Assembly: GCA_031411295.1 (NCBI GenBank)
Contig: JANOAV010000086.1
Location: 1-64,000, forward strand
Length of the DNA: 64,000 nt
Direction: 5' to 3'
Source of the DNA: Verrucomicrobiales bacterium
GTDB lineage: Bacteria; Verrucomicrobiota; Verrucomicrobiia; Verrucomicrobiales; V1-33
A program made the position numbers and the translations under genes. The notes beneath the pieces are model-generated. The model had not been told where the DNA came from. It saw only the letters and a list, made by a program, of their open reading frames with translations, and made no database searches. Positions 39,862 to 50,240 of the stretch are shown here, one piece after another; within the stretch, counting starts at the first letter, position 1, and each line of letters opens with the position of its first letter.

Positions 39862-40020
39862 GAAAGGTAACAGGTGACAGAGTGATTGAAAGAACGGCCC
39901 CCCGGAAGGTTTCCGGGCAGGAATCATCGAACGGCCATCCCCCTTCAGGGTCAACCCTCACCACCCTACGCCTTTAGGCAACGCGCAGCCCGTGGCGCAG
40001 CAACACCGGCAACTCCCGCG

Positions 40021-43000
40021 CTAATCTCCCGTAATCGTAACCCGGTAAAACGCCCGTGCCGTGGCGGCAGGACCGGTCACCGACACCGACCCGCCCGCTG
40101 CTGGGCTGCCGTTGTTGCGTGGAGCATTCCAGCGACTCCAGGCTTGTAAATTTGCGCTTTCCTCGACCATCCAAGTGTGGTTCTCCGGCACCGTGAAATT
40201 CAGCGTTACGCTGCCAGCCTGACTCTGTGCGGCCACGACCGGGAAACTTGATCCGCTCTTGGGATCGGTTCCAGAGGCGTATTCGGCAGCATTGCTTTGC
40301 CCGTCCGCATCCGCATCATTGGCTGGATCTCCCGCTGGGGAATTCGCGCTGGCAAATTGCGCCAGGCGCCACTGGGCATAAGTTTCCCGTTGCGGTAATT
40401 TGGTGCCAATCCACTCTGTCAGCAGGGCAATCCCACTGGGATCCGTCTCTGTGCTCGCAATCGGTGGCATGCGGGTAAAGCCATTTGTAGCCGCCACCCG
40501 ATTCAGCACAATTGAATGCAACAAATCTCCCGGAACGATCAATTTATTGGCCGGGTCCCCACCATTGTTGGTCGCAATGCCCATCAGCAGCCCGGTCTGA
40601 TCTAACGTCTGGAGGATGCGCCAGTCGGCTCCCGAGGAACCTTGCGGGCCGCCGGGACGGTGGCAGTAGGCGCAATTCACTTCCAAATAACTTCGCACCC
40701 GGGATTCCACCGAAGTGCTGGTATCGGCAGCGGCATGAACCTTGGGCAGCAGGTTGGTGCTCGGCAGGACGTTGGTGAAAAAGTCCCCACTCGCTAACAA
40801 CGCCAACTGATTGCCAGGACGTCCCACGATTTGGTCGGTGAAATTTAGCTGTCGGGTATTGAAGGACAACGCAAAACCCGCCGCCGCGTTATGACAACTG
40901 GCGCACTCGGCCCGACTTGGAAAGCGCCAGCGTTGATTGCGCGTGGTGCCATTTTCAGTGATGGCCAAGACGGCTTCCGCGCCTTCATCCGGCACCAGCG
41001 TGGCTTCGGTTTGTTGATCATTCCAGCGATACGTGACGCCATAGGCTCCCGTGCTGTTTTTCACTAGCAGCCGAGTTTCCAGACGTTTGGCGGTCGCTGA
41101 GTTGCCTCGCGTGGTTTCCAAATCAAAGTGCTTCACCCAAAGCATCCCCGTGGGCAATGTCCATCCGCCGTCCTGGCTCCAAGTTAGTTTACCGGTGCCA
41201 TTAGGAATGGCGAACCACCGCCGCTTCTTGGCGTAGTCACTCCAAAAGGGAACATTGACATTGTATTCCAACATCCCTGGCGTCGGGGTTAGATCACTGA
41301 GATCATTAAAAAGTCCCGTCGCACTCAGGGTTAGGGGGAAGCTCCCGGTGGGAGTTGATGTGACTAAGCGCAGGATCCGATTTCCATCAAGATCTGCCAC
41401 CAGCACGTCTTGATTTGAGGGATCGGAACCAAAAGCCGCAATCCCCACCTCTCCCGCAATCCGCGTCACCGTTGGTGCGGCGGCCCCATTCCGCTGCAGC
41501 GTCCACAGATTCCCCGAAGTATAATCCGCAAAGAGATACAGCCCCGTGAGCGCAGAAATTCGCGTCCCCCGATAAACCAATCCTCCCGTGATGGAGTTGC
41601 CCTGCGTGACTCCGGAACCATGGCCATACTCGAAGATGGGAGCGATGGACGTGAACCCCACCGGTGCCGTTTTCGGTCCAGCAATCGAACCCTCACGAAA
41701 GGCCCAACCATAGTTTCCTCCACGTGTGATCACATCCACTTCCTCCAGCGTGTTGGAACCCACATCGCCCACCCACAACTCGCCCGTGGCGGAATCAAAG
41801 CTCATGCGCCAGGGATTGCGCAGCCCCACCGCCCAAAATTCCGTGCGCACATTGGCCGCCACCACTGCGGTCCCATTAAAGGTCGTGACCCCCACAAACG
41901 GATTGTCTGGCGGCACGGCATACCGGGCCACTCCCGCATCGCGCAAGACCGACGCATGGAGGTTCGGATTCAGGCTGCCAGGCTTCTTATCCACATCAAT
42001 GCGGAGAATGCCGGAGAAGAAATCCTTCGCGATGTTTTGGCTATTGTTCAGCGAATCGTTTTGGTTTCCCTCGTCGCCCAGCGAAACATAAAGATACCCA
42101 TCCGGGCCGAAATGCAGGTCCCCGCCGTTGTGGTTTCCAGCATCATCCGCCTGTTCCAGCAAGACCAACTCGGAGGTGGTATCCGCTAAGTTAGGATTAC
42201 CCGCCTGGGCCGTGAAACGCGAAAGGCGCTCATAAGTAATTCCGCCCCGGGTCACGCTGTAAAAGACGTAGAGAAATCGATTCGAGGCGAAGTTTGGATG
42301 AAATGCCACCCCCAGCAATCCCTGCTCACTGTTGGTGCTCAGCGTTTCTGACCGCGTCGCCAGCAAGGTTGGCAAATCCAGAAAGGTCGAAGCTGTGGGC
42401 GTGACCGCCGTGACGTTAGGGATCACGCGCAGCAATCCTCCCTTCTCACAAACGAAGAGCCGCAAGGCATCCGCCGGAGGACTTTCCAGACAGGTCGGAC
42501 TGCTGAAACTCAGCGTGCCAAACGCCGGCGTCAGCGCATACGTCGTGGGCGGTGGACTAGCCGGCACATTAAGCCCAGTCACCGGGATTTTTAGCGCGGC
42601 CGGGATGGTGAGGTTCACCGCCACCGGACTCGCAGTGCCGCCCGATCCCGACACTTGATAGGAAAAGACATCGTTTCCCGTGGCCGACGCTTGGGCGACA
42701 TAGACCACCGTGCCGTCACTCTGCGGGACCGCCGAACCTTTGCTGGGAGCCTGCGTGATCACGACCGAGCCAACCGTGATCAGCCCGGTATCATTTTGCA
42801 GCACTGGGATGCGATTCTTCTGTCCCGCATGGACCACGGCGGCATCCGCTACCGCCACAGGTGGTCCCGGTGATCCGTTCGACCATTGTTCCAGCCGCAG
42901 CGCTTGGAAACCATAGCCATAAGGAGCCACCGTCGGCGTCTCCGTATTGCCGCCAGGATAGTTCCCGGAATAACGGGTCGTGATGATGCTGAACGCGCCA

Positions 43001-43632
43001 TCGGCTCCCGGATTAATCTGATCCCACCCCACCACGTCCCCGCCGAGATTATTCCCTGAGTTCCACGCCGCTTGATTGACCCTGAGCGATGTCGGTTGCT
43101 CGGCATTGGTTAAAACGTTCGTCGTATGCACGGCTGCATGGCCGGTGGTGCCACTAATCTCCGCCTCGGTCCAGCGATTGGTATACGTGTTATTCCCCCG
43201 CATGGAAGTCCCGCGGAACGTGTAACGTTTGTTGGGATCAAGCCCGGAGAAGACATACGTCACCGTGTCCGCCGCCTCAATCTGAATCCCTTCGTTCGTT
43301 CCGCTGTTCCAATGAATGAAGGGCGAAAAAATCGTCGCTGCCGGAGTCCCCGCAGTGGGTGCCGCCATAGTTGCGGAGCCAACCGCCCCCACATTCGTGA
43401 TCGCCAAGCTCGCACTCAAACTGCTCCCCGCAGTAATATTCAGCAGCGCCCCTGTCGGATTCGCGAACACCCCCCAACGAGTCGCATTGGCATGCGTGGA
43501 CGCCCCGGCAATGTGGTCATTGTAAGCACTCCATTCCACCACTGACCCCACGCCTCCGCCTTGGCCGAACAAAGCAGCTGGACAGAGCAACCAAAACAGA
43601 CTTCCAAGAAAAATGAATTGAGGGGGACGCAT
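40021..43632 (-). CDS. Secreted PQQ-dependent sugar dehydrogenase (GSDH) family protein with Ig-like and two c-type heme motifs
   Basis: GLLGVAFHPNF, NHNGG, FGPDGYLY, GLRNPWR and GGNYGW; CASCH and CAYCH. Confidence 0.88.
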   Translation of the reverse strand: MRPPQFIFLGSLFWLLCPAALFGQGGGVGSVVEWSAYNDHIAGASTHANATRWGVFANPTGALLNITAGSSLSASLAITNVGAVGSATMAAPTAGTPAATIFSPFIHWNSGTNEGIQIEAADTVTYVFSGLDPNKRYTFRGTSMRGNNTYTNRWTEAEISGTTGHAAVHTTNVLTNAEQPTSLRVNQAAWNSGNNLGGDVVGWDQINPGADGAFSIITTRYSGNYPGGNTETPTVAPYGYGFQALRLEQWSNGSPGPPVAVADAAVVHAGQKNRIPVLQNDTGLITVGSVVITQAPSKGSAVPQSDGTVVYVAQASATGNDVFSYQVSGSGGTASPVAVNLTIPAALKIPVTGLNVPASPPPTTYALTPAFGTLSFSSPTCLESPPADALRLFVCEKGGLLRVIPNVTAVTPTASTFLDLPTLLATRSETLSTNSEQGLLGVAFHPNFASNRFLYVFYSVTRGGITYERLSRFTAQAGNPNLADTTSELVLLEQADDAGNHNGGDLHFGPDGYLYVSLGDEGNQNDSLNNSQNIAKDFFSGILRIDVDKKPGSLNPNLHASVLRDAGVARYAVPPDNPFVGVTTFNGTAVVAANVRTEFWAVGLRNPWRMSFDSATGELWVGDVGSNTLEEVDVITRGGNYGWAFREGSIAGPKTAPVGFTSIAPIFEYGHGSGVTQGNSITGGLVYRGTRISALTGLYLFADYTSGNLWTLQRNGAAAPTVTRIAGEVGIAAFGSDPSNQDVLVADLDGNRILRLVTSTPTGSFPLTLSATGLFNDLSDLTPTPGMLEYNVNVPFWSDYAKKRRWFAIPNGTGKLTWSQDGGWTLPTGMLWVKHFDLETTRGNSATAKRLETRLLVKNSTGAYGVTYRWNDQQTEATLVPDEGAEAVLAITENGTTRNQRWRFPSRAECASCHNAAAGFALSFNTRQLNFTDQIVGRPGNQLALLASGDFFTNVLPSTNLLPKVHAAADTSTSVESRVRSYLEVNCAYCHRPGGPQGSSGADWRILQTLDQTGLLMGIATNNGGDPANKLIVPGDLLHSIVLNRVAATNGFTRMPPIASTETDPSGIALLTEWIGTKLPQRETYAQWRLAQFASANSPAGDPANDADADGQSNAAEYASGTDPKSGSSFPVVAAQSQAGSVTLNFTVPENHTWMVEESANLQAWSRWNAPRNNGSPAAGGSVSVTGPAATARAFYRVTITGD

Positions 43633-43775
43633 GACTGCATCCTGCCTGAGAATGACAGAATTGAAAACCAAAAATAGCGGAAGCTTTTCCTTCAGGGTTC
43701 CGGTCACCTCAAATTCAAAAGGCTTGTCTCACTAACTCCAGTTCTCGGATGCAGGAAGCCTGCAAGACAAGCTAC

Positions 43776-45662
43776 TTACGAAGCAGACCGCGTCGTGACC
43801 GCCAGATCAGCGGAACTCCGCACTTTACATTCACGGCTCAGCTCATCGGAAAATCCCTTCGCGTTGTTCCCCAGCAGCACCAGATCATTCTCCGCCCGCG
43901 TGATGGCCACGTAGAGTTGGCGACGATCCTCCTCCGCAGTGGCGGAAGCGTTGGACAGCTGGTCCGCCCAAAGCACGATCACCGCTTTGTATTGCAGGCC
44001 CTTGGAGGAGTGGATCGTCTGCACCTTGATGGCCGCATCGTTGACTGCCAAATGAGGTTCGTTGACGTCGTCAGCATTGAGCCATCGAGTTTCCGCCAGC
44101 GTTGAGAGACCATCGACGAGACGCTGCATCAGAGGGCGTTCGCCCTGGAAGAGCCTTGGGTAAAAGACCCCGATGTCCTCGGGTCGGATGGGGGCGAACT
44201 CCTTTCCCTTCCGCTCTCCTTTCAGCCAATGACTGACGATTTTCAAAGCATCCTCCACTTGATCGGCATGATTTTTTGCACGGACAAATGTTGGATCGCT
44301 CCCGACCGGAACCCGACGGCAACTCTGCGGCCCCACCCCTACCGAGTTGATCCCATCCACGTTCCTTTCGTCCGCACTGAAGATGCGTGCCAGGGTCGCG
44401 ATATGGGGCGTATTCCGATAATTCTTATCCAGATCGAAGCGGGCTGAAATCGAGCGTCCAACAACCTGAATACCCAGCGCACTCCAACTCACCTTGTTGC
44501 GCTTGTAGAGCCGCTGACTCCCATCCGCCACAATGATCAAATCCCCCTCGACCGGGTCCTTCATCACCGCCAGAGCGCACTGAAACCATGTTGGTTCGAA
44601 ATCTTGCGCTTCGTCAATCAGAACGCTGTCCCACTCACGGGCAGCGTCTCCACGCTTGGTAATGGCACTCAGAACGCGTGCTCCAAACACGGCATCGTCC
44701 GTTTCCTTACGAGTTAAACCCACACTCTTCGCCCAGCCATCGAAATGCGTCACCGTCACATTCGGGCAATCCCGCATCCGGGCCTTCAACCATTCTGCGA
44801 GCACCTTGTTGAAACAGAGCAGCAGACTGCGCTTTTCGGGGTGCTTGGCTGCCAGCCAACGCGCCCGGGCCATTAGCAAGACCGTCTTCCCTGATCCAGC
44901 CACGCCCGAAAGCACATAGTGTCCACTTCCCAGCGATTTCGCATGCTGTTCCTGCCGCGTGTCTAACACCTCCATGGTAGCAACCGATTGCAAAGGATCC
45001 CGTCCCAGAATCACATCCAACCGACTCTCGGGAAAGAGCACCCAACGCAGAATATCAATCTGATGGGCCGTGAATGTTTGTTTCATTAAGAAGGGACGGA
45101 AAAATGGCTTCAACGCCGCCACGAGTCCAGCTTCATCCAGCTCATTCCAAGCTCTTCGTTGATCCGCGAAGACAGTATTCTCCGTCGTGAAGATTGCCTG
45201 CAGTGCTTCCTTATGCACGGATTTCTCCACATTCCTGCGCTCAATCCTGGTGAACAGAACCATCGCACCCACTGGAAAACAGAGCTTACCTTTGTGATCC
45301 CCCTCCGCGTGCAGCAATGCTCCGCCGTATTTCCCCTTGCAGCACATATCTTTCAGCGCCTGCCAATAGCCCTCCACCTGCGTTAGCGGATTCGGTTGCT
45401 GAAATGATGCCGCTGTTCCGATCGGCTGAAGCTCAATCGTTTGTGGATTCACCGACAGCACAGAATTAATCGACCAATCTTTCACCTCTATAACCAGCAG
45501 CCCCAGATTTGGAGCCAGAATCACGAAATCAGGCTTGCGACGGTCCACCGTCGGTTCGTAATAAATCGTCCAGTCCTCCGGCAGCCGCTTTAGCAGCTTC
45601 GAAAGTTCTTTTTCACCATTGGTTGCCGTTGCTCGGATTGTCTCAGGAATTAGTGTCGCCAT
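43776..45662 (-). CDS. NERD nuclease domain + UvrD-like SF1 helicase
   Basis: GE..PDFV..IEVKDW; GVAGSGKT, IDEAQD, NYRNT, TIHSSKGL and YVAITRA. Confidence 0.9.
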   Translation of the reverse strand: MATLIPETIRATATNGEKELSKLLKRLPEDWTIYYEPTVDRRKPDFVILAPNLGLLVIEVKDWSINSVLSVNPQTIELQPIGTAASFQQPNPLTQVEGYWQALKDMCCKGKYGGALLHAEGDHKGKLCFPVGAMVLFTRIERRNVEKSVHKEALQAIFTTENTVFADQRRAWNELDEAGLVAALKPFFRPFLMKQTFTAHQIDILRWVLFPESRLDVILGRDPLQSVATMEVLDTRQEQHAKSLGSGHYVLSGVAGSGKTVLLMARARWLAAKHPEKRSLLLCFNKVLAEWLKARMRDCPNVTVTHFDGWAKSVGLTRKETDDAVFGARVLSAITKRGDAAREWDSVLIDEAQDFEPTWFQCALAVMKDPVEGDLIIVADGSQRLYKRNKVSWSALGIQVVGRSISARFDLDKNYRNTPHIATLARIFSADERNVDGINSVGVGPQSCRRVPVGSDPTFVRAKNHADQVEDALKIVSHWLKGERKGKEFAPIRPEDIGVFYPRLFQGERPLMQRLVDGLSTLAETRWLNADDVNEPHLAVNDAAIKVQTIHSSKGLQYKAVIVLWADQLSNASATAEEDRRQLYVAITRAENDLVLLGNNAKGFSDELSRECKVRSSADLAVTTRSAS

Positions 45663-45811
45663 GAGGCACTTTAGAACAAGTTATTATAATTACCATAACT
45701 AACTTGCATTGCGACGCGATTTGTCATTCTGACTGCACCACACGGGAGGCAGCACCGACTTCCAACTTGTAGCCGCTGACGTGGGGGCTCGTCCCGTTGC
45801 CGAGCGCCCAT

Positions 45812-45848
45812 AAAAAAACTGGGCGACACCTTGCGGTATCGCCCAGTT
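45812..45848 (-). terminator. Intrinsic terminator of the FN3 gene
   Basis: Stem AACTGGGCGA / TCGCCCAGTT followed on the minus strand by a 7-T tract, 25 bp past the stop. Confidence 0.8.
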
Positions 45849-45873
45849 CTTCTGATTGCCTGCGGCTGTGCCT

Positions 45874-46617
45874 TTACAGGCTCATGTGGCTCACGGCATC
45901 GCTCCAGTCACTGTAGCCCGTGCTGCCGCCCACTGCGCGGACTTGGAACTGGTAATTGCTTCCGGGCGTCAGACCTTCCACCGACATGGAGCGGGAGTTC
46001 GTGAACAGACCGGCACTCTGCCAGGCACCCGGGGCACCATTGGCAGCGATCAGGGCATGGCGAATCTCATAGCATTTGGCGTTGGGGATCACCGTGACCC
46101 GCAGCACCAACTGCCCGGAGTTCCCGTTCAGGATGTCCTTGATGCTCGGCGCGTCCAGCGGACTGGACGCCCGGTTCGTGCTCACGGCATCGAAACCGCT
46201 GGAGAGCAGCACGGCCAGATCATTGCCATGCTTTTCCTGCACATAACCAGCCAAGGCGCGGAGCAGTCCCACCAGCGTGGCGCGCTTGTTATCCTTCACC
46301 GCCGTATCCCCTGGACCGCCCAGATTCGCTGCCGCCACCGCCGCAGAGAAATCATTTTTGGCGGTGGTGAGGGCCGCAGAGGTCACCGGCGGGGTCGGAT
46401 AAGCGGCATTTCCGTAGAGTTTTTGAAGCACTGCTCCGGCTAATTCATCCAGTCCGTTATCAGGCGCACTGGCGAAACCAAGTAAGACACGTAGTTGAGG
46501 CATTTTTTTAGGTGTTGGTTGTAGCACAAACCCATTATAGCGAAGGCCGGGCGTGTCCCAACGCAGCGGTTGGCCATTAGCGTCCGTTCCATCCCAAGTA
46601 ACAGGTATTTGTGCCAT
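45874..46617 (-). CDS. Fibronectin type III domain protein (no signal peptide)
   Basis: Helical N-terminal region, then GLTPGSNYQFQVRAVGGSTGYSDWSD; an alternative start at MPQLRV is possible. Confidence 0.85.
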   Translation of the reverse strand: MAQIPVTWDGTDANGQPLRWDTPGLRYNGFVLQPTPKKMPQLRVLLGFASAPDNGLDELAGAVLQKLYGNAAYPTPPVTSAALTTAKNDFSAAVAAANLGGPGDTAVKDNKRATLVGLLRALAGYVQEKHGNDLAVLLSSGFDAVSTNRASSPLDAPSIKDILNGNSGQLVLRVTVIPNAKCYEIRHALIAANGAPGAWQSAGLFTNSRSMSVEGLTPGSNYQFQVRAVGGSTGYSDWSDAVSHMSL

Positions 46618-46701
46618 TGTTTAATGTAGGTTTAGTTTTGGGGGAAAATGATGTCGTTCCTGCGCAGCCATTCCATGCACAGCAAACGCGGCCTGTGCCC
46701 T

Positions 46702-46932
46702 GCCGACAGAGTTTTGTCCGTGGCCGACAGAGTTTTGTCCGTGACGGAGAGAGTTTTGTCCGTGACGGACAGAGTTTTGTCCGGGGCGGAAAGAGTTTTG
46801 TCCGAGGCGGAAAGAGTTTTGTCTGAGGCGGAAAGAGTTTTGTCCAGAGCGGAAAGAGTTGTTTCCGCGAAGGACAGAGTTGCGTCCGGGAAGGACAGAG
46901 TTGTGTCGGAGACGGAGAAAGTTCTGTCCGAG
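46702..46932. repeat. Tandem array of 11 degenerate 21-bp units
   Basis: Consensus approximately GCGGA(A/C)AGAGTTTTGTCCG(A/T)G. Confidence 0.95.
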
Positions 46933-47342
46933 GCCGAACGAGTGGTTTTCCCACCGGAAATCACCCGGTTCCCCGTGCCAACCCATGACTGCCGGGGGAA
47001 TAAACTACACCGCGGTTCCCTCAAGAAGACCGCCATCACGCAGGACTGTGTATGAATCATCATCGAACGCCATGCTACGCTTCCCCGCCTTTAGCGTCAA
47101 ATAATTTAACGCATCGTATCGTGTTTTGTTTATTTCTTCCTAGTCGATATACTGCTGAACATTCACGGTTTTTCTTTGGTCGACCCTGGACCGAGGCCGT
47201 TAAAGGTTCATCCGCCTGGGTAGTTTAGGCAGATCTCTGAAGTAACGGGCGTTTTAGTTGCTCGTGGCCTGTAGAATAAATGGCCTTGCGCGGTGTTGCT
47301 ACCCCGTGGTATTTAATACGAATTAACAAACAAAACTGAATA

Positions 47343-48137
47343 ATGGCACCCACGAACAGTAGGACAAACGCACCAGCAAATGGAGATAACGACAGATGGC
47401 AGAACACCCTGGCTGAGTTAGATCGAAGAACCGTGGTGGAAGCCGCTCCTCCTCACAAACTCAATAAGTTTTTAGAATGGAAATACGCCAAAAGGATTAT
47501 CGAGACGGGGCTAATCCCCCTGCTTTCTCCGGAAAATTGGCCGGATGAAAATGATAGGGCTGTCATGGCGCACTATGCTCAATTAAGGCGCCAAACCACT
47601 CCCGATTTCACCGTGCTTGCTAGCTGCTTCCTGTGCGGGCCTGAGACTGTTTACCATTGGAAGTCCTTTGCTGAAAAAGAGGAGGATGTTTGCTGTATAG
47701 AATTTGAGGCTAAGAAATTCATAGATCGTCTCATCCCGCCTACAGGGGAATTTCTCAAAGGGAAAGTCAAATATCGACCTTGGGCACAACTTAGTAAAAA
47801 AGTTAAATGGCAGAATCAGGAGGATGAGGTTATTGAAAATCTCCCATTCTTTAAGAGATGGCCGTTCAGATGCGAGGATGAATATCGCGTTGTCTGGGGA
47901 GGCGACCAAGGATCAGCCCAAGGTGGGATTCACATCAATGTCCAGGATGTAATCACGAAAGTGAACCTTAGCCCAAAGTTACCTAAACAGGAGTTTGAAG
48001 CAAGAAAGCAGGCTTTAGGCCGGAGGCCTGGGATAGAGATTTTGCATTCAACATTAAACCACAATAAGGACTGGATGGAGGCAATTCAGAACATTGGCAC
48101 CAGTCAGCGCTCCAAATCAAAGGCTTCGGTAAGTTGA
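47343..48137 (+). CDS. DUF2971-like protein
   Basis: ASCF..HWKSFA..CIEF..VKY..FKRWPFRCEDEYRVV. Confidence 0.7.
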   Translation: MAPTNSRTNAPANGDNDRWQNTLAELDRRTVVEAAPPHKLNKFLEWKYAKRIIETGLIPLLSPENWPDENDRAVMAHYAQLRRQTTPDFTVLASCFLCGPETVYHWKSFAEKEEDVCCIEFEAKKFIDRLIPPTGEFLKGKVKYRPWAQLSKKVKWQNQEDEVIENLPFFKRWPFRCEDEYRVVWGGDQGSAQGGIHINVQDVITKVNLSPKLPKQEFEARKQALGRRPGIEILHSTLNHNKDWMEAIQNIGTSQRSKSKASVS

Positions 48138-48152
48138 TAGCGCAGATATAGC

Positions 48153-48734
48153 TTATCTCCGACGCCGGAATGAGCAGGCCGTGCTGAGCATTATCAGGCC
48201 CATCGTTCCAGGTTCTGGGACCGTCTCAACAATGGCAAAATATGGGAGAGTAATTGGATCAAATTGGCCTCCCGGTGATACTGTTCCATTAACGTGATTG
48301 TCATTCCAACTACCTTTTGTTTCACCAGCTCCTGCGGCGTGGTTCCAATTGATGACACCGTAGTCTTCATCCCCTAAGTTATTGGGCTCGTTGTTATCCC
48401 AATTGGTGTAGGTGACTGGTTCTCCTGTTGTCCAAACAAAAGTTCCTTCAGTTGCGACATCGTTGATTCCCAACCAAACCGGAAGGCGATCATTTGCCCC
48501 GACTAGAAAATTTGCCACGATGAAAGCTTGTTCAGCAGCGGAAGTGATACTTACCAAGTGTCCGCCCACAGACTGTGCGAAGGACTCTGCAACATCCCAA
48601 TTCATTCGCACGGCAGTCAGTTCGTAAAAGTGGTCATTGCCACCAACGGCAGAAGACCACTGGATGGCAGCTGCTTGCGAGGTCTGAGCAGCTATTAAAT
48701 TCAGAGCGATTGCAGAGAGTAGAGGACGAATCAT
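48153..48734 (-). CDS. C-type lectin domain protein with PEP-CTERM signal
   Basis: GGHLVSITS, WLGIND..EGTFVW, YTNW..EPNN and WND; VPEP-TM-RRRR. Confidence 0.9.
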   Translation of the reverse strand: MIRPLLSAIALNLIAAQTSQAAAIQWSSAVGGNDHFYELTAVRMNWDVAESFAQSVGGHLVSITSAAEQAFIVANFLVGANDRLPVWLGINDVATEGTFVWTTGEPVTYTNWDNNEPNNLGDEDYGVINWNHAAGAGETKGSWNDNHVNGTVSPGGQFDPITLPYFAIVETVPEPGTMGLIMLSTACSFRRRR

Positions 48735-48873
48735 AGATTGCCCTTTAGTTTGCTTAATTGCGGAAGTCAACCTCCAATTGCCCGATTTGCCAACATGTGC
48801 TTCTTACCTGTCCTCTGGCCTCAGGGGAACAGAACTCTGAGTCAATAGAACTACTAATTCTGGTTCCGTCAGT

Positions 48874-49143
48874 TTAAGTAGTTTTGTAAATTTCAGGCCG
48901 CCATGAACCATCTGGTAAAATTTCGACAGGCTGGACGAATTCGTTCACTGAAAGAGCATCGTCGAACGCACGTTCGTCATCGAGAAATTCTTGTAATCGG
49001 GTCATTGCAGCATCTACAATTTCGCGCTGGGCTTCCAGTTCGGAATGAAAAAGCACGGCGGAATTCTCGCGGTCCGTCAACAGAGGCACCACGCCTTCAC
49101 AAAGAGAGTCGACACAAATGATATAGCCTATGGAAACGTTCAT
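48874..49143 (-). CDS. Small acidic hypothetical protein
   Basis: 89-aa ATG ORF with plausible composition. Confidence 0.55.
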   Translation of the reverse strand: MNVSIGYIICVDSLCEGVVPLLTDRENSAVLFHSELEAQREIVDAAMTRLQEFLDDERAFDDALSVNEFVQPVEILPDGSWRPEIYKTT

Positions 49144-49238
49144 AGTTGTGACCTGGCCTGGGTTTCAACTTTGCTCAAGTTGGAAATTCGGGTGGAGGAT
49201 ACCATTGCCAACCGCCGGATTTACGATAGTCTGGGCTC

Positions 49239-50033
49239 ATGGAAACCAGAAAGAAATGGAATCGAGAGGAGTTACTCATCGCCTTAAACCTCTACCACAA
49301 GCTGTCGTTCGGTAAACTGCACTCACGCCAGCCTGCCATCGTGGCACTAGCGGAAAAAATGGGACGCGGCGCGAACAGTTTGGCGATGAAATTGTGCAAC
49401 TTTGCTTCCTTGGACCCCGCCCTGAAACTGCGCGGCATTAGCGGTCTGAAGGGAGCTAGCGCTTTGGATCAAACAGTTTGGTCTGAATTCCATGAGGATC
49501 TCAACGAATCCGTCCCTGCGTCCGAGGAAGCTTTCCGCAAATTACTCGGTGTTAGCCACAATGCAGAGATCGAGGTTCTACCCGAGGCAGGGTTGGTGGT
49601 GAAGCAATCTCCCGCCGGACCAACAGAACTAATGGCATCGATCAAAATTCGTCGTGGACAGCACTTCTTCCGCGAAGTTGTGGTAAACAACAGTGGTGGA
49701 GTTTGTAGCGTCAGTGGACTTGCCATTCGAGAACTGCTGGTGGCATCTCATATCTTGCCATGGGGCTCTCATCCAAAACACAGACTGGACGTGCAGAATG
49801 GAATTTGCCTTTCGCGCCTGCACGATGCCGCCTTCGATCGTGGTTTCGTCACCTTTGACGAGAATTTGCAATTGGTGCTATCACCACAACTAACCTCACG
49901 GCTTGATCAGCGCAGCGTATCCGAGAACTTCGGAGCCTACGCTGGCCAACCACTCCACTTCCCCTCTGATGCTACGCTCCCGAAGGAAGAGTTCCTTGCT
50001 GAGCACCGGATGAAGATCTTTCGCGTTGCTTGA
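49239..50033 (+). CDS. HNH endonuclease (putative restriction-type)
   Basis: W.REE..MKLCNFASLDP; RRGQHFFR..CSVSG..ASHILPW..NGICL..HDAAFDRG. Confidence 0.92.
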   Translation: METRKKWNREELLIALNLYHKLSFGKLHSRQPAIVALAEKMGRGANSLAMKLCNFASLDPALKLRGISGLKGASALDQTVWSEFHEDLNESVPASEEAFRKLLGVSHNAEIEVLPEAGLVVKQSPAGPTELMASIKIRRGQHFFREVVVNNSGGVCSVSGLAIRELLVASHILPWGSHPKHRLDVQNGICLSRLHDAAFDRGFVTFDENLQLVLSPQLTSRLDQRSVSENFGAYAGQPLHFPSDATLPKEEFLAEHRMKIFRVA

Positions 50034-50240
50034 GAAGTCGGTAGTAGCGAAGCCATAGGGGACATCCTTGGCTCCACGGTAGTTGCCGGAGGATTTCCGT
50101 CCGATTTCCAGAAGCCTCTCCGCAACGATTCCTCGTGCGGCGGGTGGCGGTCATTTGCGTTCCGCTTTTCCTGCGTTCCTCATGCAAAACGCATCAGGAA
50201 AGCGGGGGACCTCTTGTGGGCGCAGGAGCGGAAGACAGGC

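Noticed and set aside
46702..46932. Possible CRISPR array
   Set aside because: The units are contiguous 21-mers with no unique spacers, and there are no cas genes.
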